A DNA stretch of 64,000 nt from Eledone cirrhosa (Eukaryota): the NCBI GenBank assembly GCA_964016885.1, contig OZ024749.1:2418001-2482000 (forward strand), written 5' to 3'. Positions within the stretch are counted from its first letter, which is position 1. The number at the start of each line of letters is the position of its first letter. Under the pieces are notes generated by a model, which was not told where the DNA came from, searched no databases, and saw only the letters and a program-made list of their open reading frames with translations. Shown here piece after piece: positions 54,775-64,000 of this stretch. Position numbers and translations under genes: made by a program.

Positions 54775-55156
54775 CGAGAGCAATCCCAAAAGTAAGGTCT
54801 CCTTCCTATATTGCAACTTTTCCGTTAAAATACTGTGGATGGTGCTTCGGGAAACCTCAGGAACCAAAATGCAGAGAGCACCCAGAGTGATTCCCCCGAT
54901 CTTTACGCATGTTTTCCTCGGAAGGAGACCTTACTTTTCGGATTGCCTTCTATATAGTAACTGCGCGAAAGTCGCACTTGGCGGTAACGTTCAACGGGAG
55001 CTCCATTCTCAATGGCTGCCAAGCCAAGATTGAGCCTCTTTGGGAGTGAAGGAAGCAGCAATCACAACAGTGTTTCCAACAGCCGTATGAACAGTTTCTC
55101 TGTTTCGCTTTGGAGACAGTTTCGCTTTGGAGACCTTACTTTTGGGATGACCCTCG
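54775..55156. mobile_element. Mariner-type MITE with 28-bp TIRs and TA target site
   Basis: ta-cgagagcaatcccaaaagtaaggtctcc ... ggagaccttacttttgggatgaccctcg-ta; extra internal right TIR at 54924-54950. Confidence 0.88.
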
Positions 55157-55579
55157 TATATATATATATATATATATTACATTTGTCCCCCCACCCACCC
55201 CCCGGGATTCGAGGGGGTTACGTTCATAGTGCACCTGCAAAGAGCGAAAAATCGCGAATATTGGACGTGTTTCATAAAAATAGCTATAAACGTCAAAATA
55301 TAACGTAAAATATTATTTAAAAAGACTTATGCGAAGGGACGTCTAATAGGCCAGCAAATATGGTACATTGTTATTAATAATTTAGTGTTAAAAATATAAA
55401 TATATATTGCCACGAAAAAATTCATTAAAAAAATCGCGAAAGACATTTACGATTCCGCGAATATGCGGTAGCTGTCACGAACTATTATGAGTTAGGTTCA
55501 TAAGGAAAAATTCACGAATAACCGGTACCCTGAATGCCGTGGGGTACACTGCATATTTATATAGAAATATATATGATAG

Positions 55580-55943
55580 AGATAAATGTTAAGTCAAAAG
55601 TTACATAATATTTATTATGATAGGTATTTCTGTGATACAGGCATGGAGCTGCTATGGTATTGTTACAACAGTGACAGGCATCAGTGAGATATCATCAGAA
55701 GTTAACACATTTATTTGGGTGGGTCCCTATGTATTTGGCTAACGCAACATGTTCTGCGGACTTTCGCAAATATGGTTGCGTTAGTCAAAAACATATCGAC
55801 CCAGCCACGTAATTGTCTTAAAACCTGGTGATATTGGCGCAGGTCCCTGGTGTAACGACAGTAAAACAGTGCCGTGCCTGTGATACAGAAATATTTCTAA
55901 TAATAAACATGATTATGTAACTTCCGTCTTAATGTTTATTTCA
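55580..55943. mobile_element. Diverged ~360-bp fully palindromic (foldback) element
   Basis: Imperfect complementarity along its whole length (aagttacataat/attatgtaactt; tggctaacgcaac/gttgcgttagtca). Confidence 0.75.
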
Positions 55944-56352
55944 AACAAACTCCGTTACGTTTGATAGACAATTGACGTGGAGTTTTCTACCTGCTTCAAC
56001 TCAATTATCAACGAGAAGTCAATACGCAACGTTTAATGATAAGCAATACAGCAACTAGCAACATATATATATATATATATATTATTTAGAAATCACAATC
56101 CAGAAGAGTGGTAATATCGTATTGCAATAAATGTTAATCCCGCTCTTCTGCATTGTGATGATTTAAATAACAATTTTGTAAATCTCTATATACTCCGTAA
56201 ATTGTTTCACATGGAACATACAGTGGAACTACCAACAAATTTGCCAATTGGAATAATTCCACCGTTGAGTAAAACACTACTGTAAGTGGCTCCTCATTCC
56301 TGTTACATAATCAAATTAATTGTCTACACTAATGGGAACTGAATAATTCTGT

Positions 56353-56450
<98 letters not shown>

Positions 56451-56555
56451 ATATATATATATATATATGCTTGCATGTGCGTGTGTGTTAGCACTCGTAT
56501 TTTAAATGTTAAAAATAATTCGGGGTATGTGTGGGCGAAACATTGTAATATTATA

Positions 56556-56685
56556 ATCAATTCTACTTTTGGCACAAGGCCAGCAATTATCCCAGTGTAT
56601 TACTGGTACTTTATTTTATCGACCCTGTAAGGATGAAAGGCAACGTTAACCTCGGCGGGATTTGAACTCAGATCATAAAGGGAGG
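56556..56685 (-). mobile_element. Main-family SINE
   Basis: Reverse complement of core and B box. Confidence 0.9.
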
Positions 56686-57196
56686 TAATGAATGACACCC
56701 ACAAATGTTATTCGGGCCACCTAGCCACAGGTGCAATTAACTGTTTTCCAGATTTCCAGTGTGTGTAGTCAGTGATAAAGGTGTTATCTCCTAACCTGGG
56801 CCTCTGGTTGATATTCCAGTTCATTGAATTAGAAGAGATTGGTTGTAAAGTTGTTGAAATACTGACAAAGGTAGATGTGAGCAATCTGATGAGGCTGAAT
56901 TAGGTGGGAACTATTAAATAGTCTTCTGTAGAAAGAAGCATACAATTTCAGATATCTTGTTACGATGCTTTTCTGACATGAAAAGTAAGAAATTACGCGA
57001 AATCATTAGAATATGTACATTACGGGGTCGATAAAGAGAGCACTGTTGGCCTAAATCAGAAATTATTATTATTATTATCATTGTTAAATTAGTCTTGCCA
57101 TTGTGCACTTTTACTCGACCTTATTGTAAACCCCCACTGTCCGTGTCTTTGTATTGTACCCAACATGTCGGCCCTTGTGGCCAATAAAGAAACCAT

Positions 57197-57385
57197 TGGT
57201 GAATTGGCAGTATCGGTAGAGGGTCGGACACCATGCTTTCCAACATAGTTACGTCCCTTTACGGTCTGAGTTCAAATCCTGTCGAGGTTAACTTTGTCTT
57301 GCATCTCTATGGGGCCGATAAAATAAAGTACCAGTAATGTACTGAGGGTGTGCTGGTCTTGTGCCAAAAGTATTATTATTATTAT
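57197..57385 (+). mobile_element. Main-family SINE, near full length
   Basis: ggtgaattggcagtatcggtagag..gagttcaaatcc..ATT tail. Confidence 0.9.
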
Positions 57386-59262
57386 TTCCTACTTGGTCGA
57401 TAAATTAAAACACCAATATTGCACTGGTATCGATTTAATCGACCCCCCCCCTTTAAATTACTGGCATCGTGCCCATATCCGAAACTATTATTATTATTAT
57501 TATAGTAGTAGTTGTTTTTTTGTGTAGTCATTACTCCACAGAGCCCCACAGACTGGGCAAAGACAGGACGTGTTGTTTCGATTAACACAACTTGAGTTAT
57601 CGGAAGTTTCAAAGTTTGTTGTTTTTCTCCTTTTATGAACAATCAGCAAGACGACAATTTGATGATGATGATGGTGATGGTGCTGATGGTGATGTTGATG
57701 ATGATCATGATGATGATGATTAGGAGAAGGAGATGTAAGCTTAAATAACGAAGTCTAGAAGAAAAAAAACATGACAGAGACTCACTAAAATAAAAACACA
57801 TACAAATTAAACAATGAAACAAAAATCGAAATAATGTTATTCTGCCTTTGCACGTCATTTGGCTAAGTTTAGAAACTTTTGAACTGATGTAGACAAGAAA
57901 AGCTATGAACGATTTACTGTGTAAACACACGAATATCCTCTGGACTTGAAAATTTTGGCAGACATTTTGTTTTATATACGATTTATACATTTTCAATTCT
58001 ATTTCTGTAACGTTTAAATGATGACAAGTCCGGATCTCCGAATGGATACGATTACAGACAATTACTCAAGAGTTCACAATCCTGTCAAAACCAACCTGAA
58101 GCAAGATGGGATACATCTGTCAGCTGTTAACTACGTTATATCAACTAACACTTTAAAAACAGAAACATAGAATAATGAGACACCCCAAAGAGCTGTAAAT
58201 GTATTGTCCATAGTGTAAGGATCAAGCATGTTTCGAAATAATATTCACGTTGTGTGTTAAGCCGATAGAACAATCGCAATCGAATCCACTGAAGGACTCA
58301 CTATCTGATCTCTGTTGAAATGTCAGTCAAATATTCACTCAAATCTCAGTTATTCTACATTAGAAATTAATAGGAAGGATAATGAGTGATGGTGCACTAT
58401 ATACGGAGACGTACAGGGTGGTCCTTGATGGAAAACATTGGATTTGTTTTATCATAGATGACAATGACCCGGAGCTAAACAACACGTTTTGATGTGTATG
58501 AATTGATTCCTCATTTAATCATGACTGTTTCAATTTCGTCAAATTGTTGATTAAATATAATTCAAAATTAGAGGTTTCTAATCCGAAACAAAGCATGGCT
58601 TATTCAGCAAGCGTCTTCTATCATAGATTCGTTTCGACGAAATTATTCCTGGACAGGCGAAAATTGAAAGGTTATGGTTTAGGTGGTTGTTAGGAACTTT
58701 GTCATGGACTAAGAATAGAGGAAGAAATGTCTGGTCACCTGTTGCATCTTTTAGAAAACAAACATTGTTTACTTGAATCCAAACAAAGTGATGCCATTCG
58801 AGCTCAACTTTTGTTTTTCACTAATTATCCTGCTAAGTTAATATGTTTAGTTATATAGAATTCTACCACTGAATAATATTTGCGGAGGGATGAACATCGC
58901 AATGTTGTCTTCAGTTAACACGATATTACTCATAACTCTTCCTAATCGTTAGTAGTTTTGTGGTTCAACTCTCGTAAAGTCGGTATTTCGATTCTCGGAT
59001 CAAGCGGTGCTGTGTCCTTCACTACGACACTTTATTTCAGGTTGTTCCAATCCCCTCAGCTGGCAAAACTGAGTTCTGTAATTTCAAGGGTCCGATCGAG
59101 ACGTTACACACAATGTGTCATGCTTAATATCCCTAACAGCTACGTAAACAGAACACATGTTTATAGAATATTCACCGAATTACACGTTAATCCCACAGAC
59201 AGGCACTTACGTTGATTGGATTGGCTGGAGCACACATTGTCGCAATCGATGAAGGGCGTCTA

Positions 59263-59473
<211 letters not shown>

Positions 59474-59727
59474 GGATTTTAATGGATACAGTTTAGTTAA
59501 GAAGGAATTTATTGACACGTGTTTCTATAACAGTTACATAACCTGAAAACAGCTGCTATCTACAAAGTATTAGTTATGCAGACATTCAATATTTAAATGT
59601 TATTATCAACTGTCATTTCATCGGAATTACTGTGTGTAATATTTATATTACAACACTAAGGAAAATACTGTATATGTATATTTAAAAAATAGAGGTGTGA
59701 CACACGAGTTGTGATATATTAGTAAAA

Positions 59728-60087
59728 AGGAAAAGAAAATACTGACAAATTTTTCCAATTGAAAAATAGTTTAATTAGGAATAAGTATCAATTAGTAATA
59801 AATATTAGTTAGTATTCAGTTTTAGTTTTAAGTTTTTACCGTTTGCGCATTTCTCATACTTTTCCAAATTAATTTTGAGATAGAGCGCTCGTGATTTTTG
59901 CTCTAATCTGATCAGTTTTGGAAATCACGAGCACTCTATCTCAAAATTATTTTTGAAAAGTATGAGAAATGCGCAAACAAGAAAAAATTAAAACTAAAAC
60001 TGAATACTAACTAATATTATTACTAATTACTACTTATTCCTAATTAAACAATTTTTCACTGGGAAAAATTTGTCAGCATTTTCTTTT

Positions 60088-60090
<3 letters not shown>
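59728..60090. mobile_element. Foldback MITE with ~170-bp TIRs
   Basis: aggaaaagaaaatactgacaaattt ... aaatttgtcagcattttcttttcct; ~25-bp spacer. Confidence 0.88.
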
Positions 60091-60151
<61 letters not shown>

Positions 60152-60284
60152 GTATATATATATGTGTGTGTGTGTATGTGTGTGTGTGTATATATATGTA
60201 TATATCATATATATCTATATCTATATCTATATATCTATATATATCCATATATATATATATATGTATATATATATATGTGTATAG

Positions 60285-60420
<136 letters not shown>

Positions 60421-60669
60421 TATATAGTAGATATATATATATATAGTATATACATATATATATATATAATTGGAGGCTTAGTAAAATCGAATCTTTGGCG
60501 GTGTGCAAGCAAATTCGACCTACGATATGAATGAGTTAGCAAAGCACTCGACAAGGTAGGTCCTCAGAGTTATAACATAAGTTTAAATAGCTTGACAAAT
60601 TGAACATGTGGTAGGCGAAATCTAACCCAATATACCAAAGTAACGAAAGGACTAACAGGTTGAAAAAAT

Positions 60670-60791
<122 letters not shown>

Positions 60792-61448
60792 CTGTTATGT
60801 ACAGCTGTGATGATGGTTTACAACATTCATAGCAACACATCAATATACTATAAATAATCATATTGTATATGCCTCTATATATTCATCTATTAATATACAT
60901 GTATATATACATATACATAACCATACACCCAAACAAATATATATATGTGTGCGTGTGTGGCTGTGAGAGAGAGGGTGTGTGTATGTGTGTCTGTGTGTGT
61001 GTCTGCATATAAATGCATATTTATATAGTCATATATCTATATATATATAGTGACACTCTGATATGTAATTTCATGCATACATGTATAGACACATACATAC
61101 ACACCCATGTACATAATACACACATACATACATACACACATACATACACACACACCTACATAGATACATACATACATACACACACACATGCATACATAGA
61201 TACATACATACATACATACATACATACATACATACATACATACATACATACATACATACATACATACATACACACGCTATGGTTATGGTTTTCCCCTCCT
61301 AAAGTACCCATCTTGATATTTCATATATTACAAAGAAGACTGCTTCGGAAATTGATATTTATCACACAGGCTCCATAAACACTGACCATACGCAGACATA
61401 GGAATATCTACTTCATTTTAGACGAGGCATATATTATCTTTTTGATCT

Positions 61449-61521
<73 letters not shown>

Positions 61522-62494
61522 TTGTTTCTATATACATCTTGTTTCTATATACATGTGCACACACAGATACATCTGAATCTATCTGTGTTTGTACATATAT
61601 ATATATTATACAGCTAAACTTTTACTTTGTGTATTTATTTCATTCATACAAACAAAATACATGTCTGCTAGGTTTTTTGTCTCGACAGATGTCTCTATAT
61701 TTATTGGGGGACAAAAGGAGAAAAAATATAATGATATGTTATATATGCATTTCTAAAGCTGATAGGAATTAATAAACACAATTTCTATTGTCTTAATAAT
61801 GGAGAGATGCTCAGACTAATATAATTCTGGATATATATGTCTGGAAAGTAATGCCTATATTTGAGTTTGAGCTAAGCAGCAGGATAAAGTTTAACACGTC
61901 AACGTAGAAGTGTAGGGTCTCACTTATATGACTACATTTCTCTGGTATAATAACAGGGAATGTTAAATAAGACACGATTACTTTAAAACAGAGAAACAAA
62001 TGAAGCAAAAATAAGACCAAACACTGTGTAATGTTTCTCTCCTTCCTTTAACCCCCCCCCCCCGTAACTCAATCCCTTAATTTCTTTAATTTTTTTTCAA
62101 ATATTCCGTTTAATCTCCATTTTTCCCTTTCTTCATATTCTACTTTCTTTTTCGCCCTTTTTATTTATTTCCTTCCCTTTTCCATTCCTTCTTTCCCTCT
62201 TCTTATTCCTCTTACCCTCTTCCCTTCTACCTTCCTCTCTACAATCTCCTCCCCTCATCTTTTTCTCTGTATTCTACATATATTTCCTTTTTTCTTGCAA
62301 TCACTCTTTGATGTTTTCCGGTATTTCTAGTTCACCGTTTCACTCTTGCTGTGCAATTCTATTGCCGCCCTAAATATATTCCTTATGGCTTATTATCAAT
62401 TATTTAACTTTTCATCAAATTGCGACAATATTGGCTGTTATTGACCATTCTTGGCACCAAACACACAATGCATATATACATATATAGATAGTTA

Positions 62495-62533
<39 letters not shown>

Positions 62534-62600
62534 ATATCTATATATATATATAACTATATCTTTATCTATTTATACCAATTTCGTACCTCTCTCTCCCTCC

Positions 62601-62708
<108 letters not shown>

Positions 62709-63172
62709 CTGTGTGTAAAATGTAAACAGAAATAACGAATCAAACACAAACTACCTACCTATACGTTAAGCCAATCTTTCCATGGAGCAAGCACTAACAA
62801 TATTTGTAAATCTATAATATCGATTCTATTTATTCTATTCTATTCTTTTACTTTTCTCTTTTGTTTCTCGTTTTCTCTTTATCTTAAGCGAATATCTCAA
62901 TTCGAGCGTGAAATTTCTACAACTCAGCCTGATTACATTTCAATGTGGAACGCTAGCAAAAGAACAATATTGATTTCTGCTAGAGATAATTCTAGCCTCT
63001 ACCTACCCAATATTGGTCGGTGTTTTTAGAAACAGCGTTACATGATGGCGTATGTAAGGTGGTGGTTGCCAAGTTTATTACGTGAATATATACACGATTG
63101 ACATACAACCGAGAGTCTAACTGTAACAACCCCTCCCCATATATATATATATATAGTGAGAGCGAGAGAGAA

Positions 63173-63217
<45 letters not shown>

Positions 63218-64000
63218 TAGGGAGAGAGAGAGAGAGAGAGTGTGTGTGTGTGTTTATTTCAGGTGGCACTTCTTGATAACAGGTGCTAATGGCTTAACTT
63301 GTGTAAACAAACGCCACGGTGTGTCACGGTATATAGAGCCCTCTGATTACGAAACGTGCGTACTTGAACCACAGCTACGCATGTACCAATAAATGGATCA
63401 TAACATATTTGTAAAATCATTCAGTTTTGTCTCTGAACACGCAGTATGCTCCACACTGCCACACGTACATACATCGAAATATCTCTTTATTCTGAAGGTC
63501 TTCAATGCTTTCAGAATTATTTGTCATGTGACACAACCGCCACAGTAAAGCTGTATGTTAGTATAACGAAGTATTGTTAAAATATCTCATGATTATAGTT
63601 GGTCTAAAGCTTCATATCAGACCATGGGCCTAAAACATTGAAGAGAGATTGAGTGAACAGAGACTAATTGGTCTTTGGTCTGCTAACAAAGACGAATGAA
63701 TATTTCATACCGAGAGTTTCTGTAAAGGTCCTGCACACAGCTCCAGTGTTATGCAAATGTTTATACAGGGGGAATTACATAACTAACTATAGAAGGACCC
63801 AGAGGGTTACGCAGCTTCCTAAGACTAATGTGTGTGTGTATATATATATTTATATATATATATATATATACTATTATAATTATTATCATATCACACACAC
63901 ACACACACATGGATGTATGTATGTAAGTATATGTATGCATGTGTGTCTATATGCGTACATCTTCAGTCGCCAATGCTGCCGTGTCCTACGTTATAGTACT

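Overview
AT-rich eukaryotic intergenic or intronic DNA, saturated with (TA)n, (CA)n, (GA)n and (TACA)n microsatellites. The SINE repertoire suggests a cephalopod (Octopus-like) genome, which is an inference. I can support no intact host protein-coding gene, and nearly all long ORFs are microsatellite artefacts. Recognisable content: about 20 copies of one tRNA-derived SINE, V/CORE-type SINEs, 3' fragments of RTE, R4/Dong and CRE-like non-LTR retrotransposons, a decayed Penelope-like (RT + GIY-YIG) element, mariner- and hAT-type MITEs, long foldbacks and several minisatellites. The main signal not explained by the ORF track is a high density of type I hammerhead ribozyme (HHR) motifs in at least 6-7 unrelated short non-coding element families inserted in (TA)n. 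These include a 545-nt HHR-to-HHR unit (44.6-45.3 kb) and a circularly permuted ~320-nt family (32.8-34.4 kb). Three families use the U3-A8 core variant. Many copies are foldbacks whose inversion point falls in or near the ribozyme. Together they look like retrozyme-like or Penelope-dependent circular-RNA retroelements. All RNA structures were read by eye and are untested.
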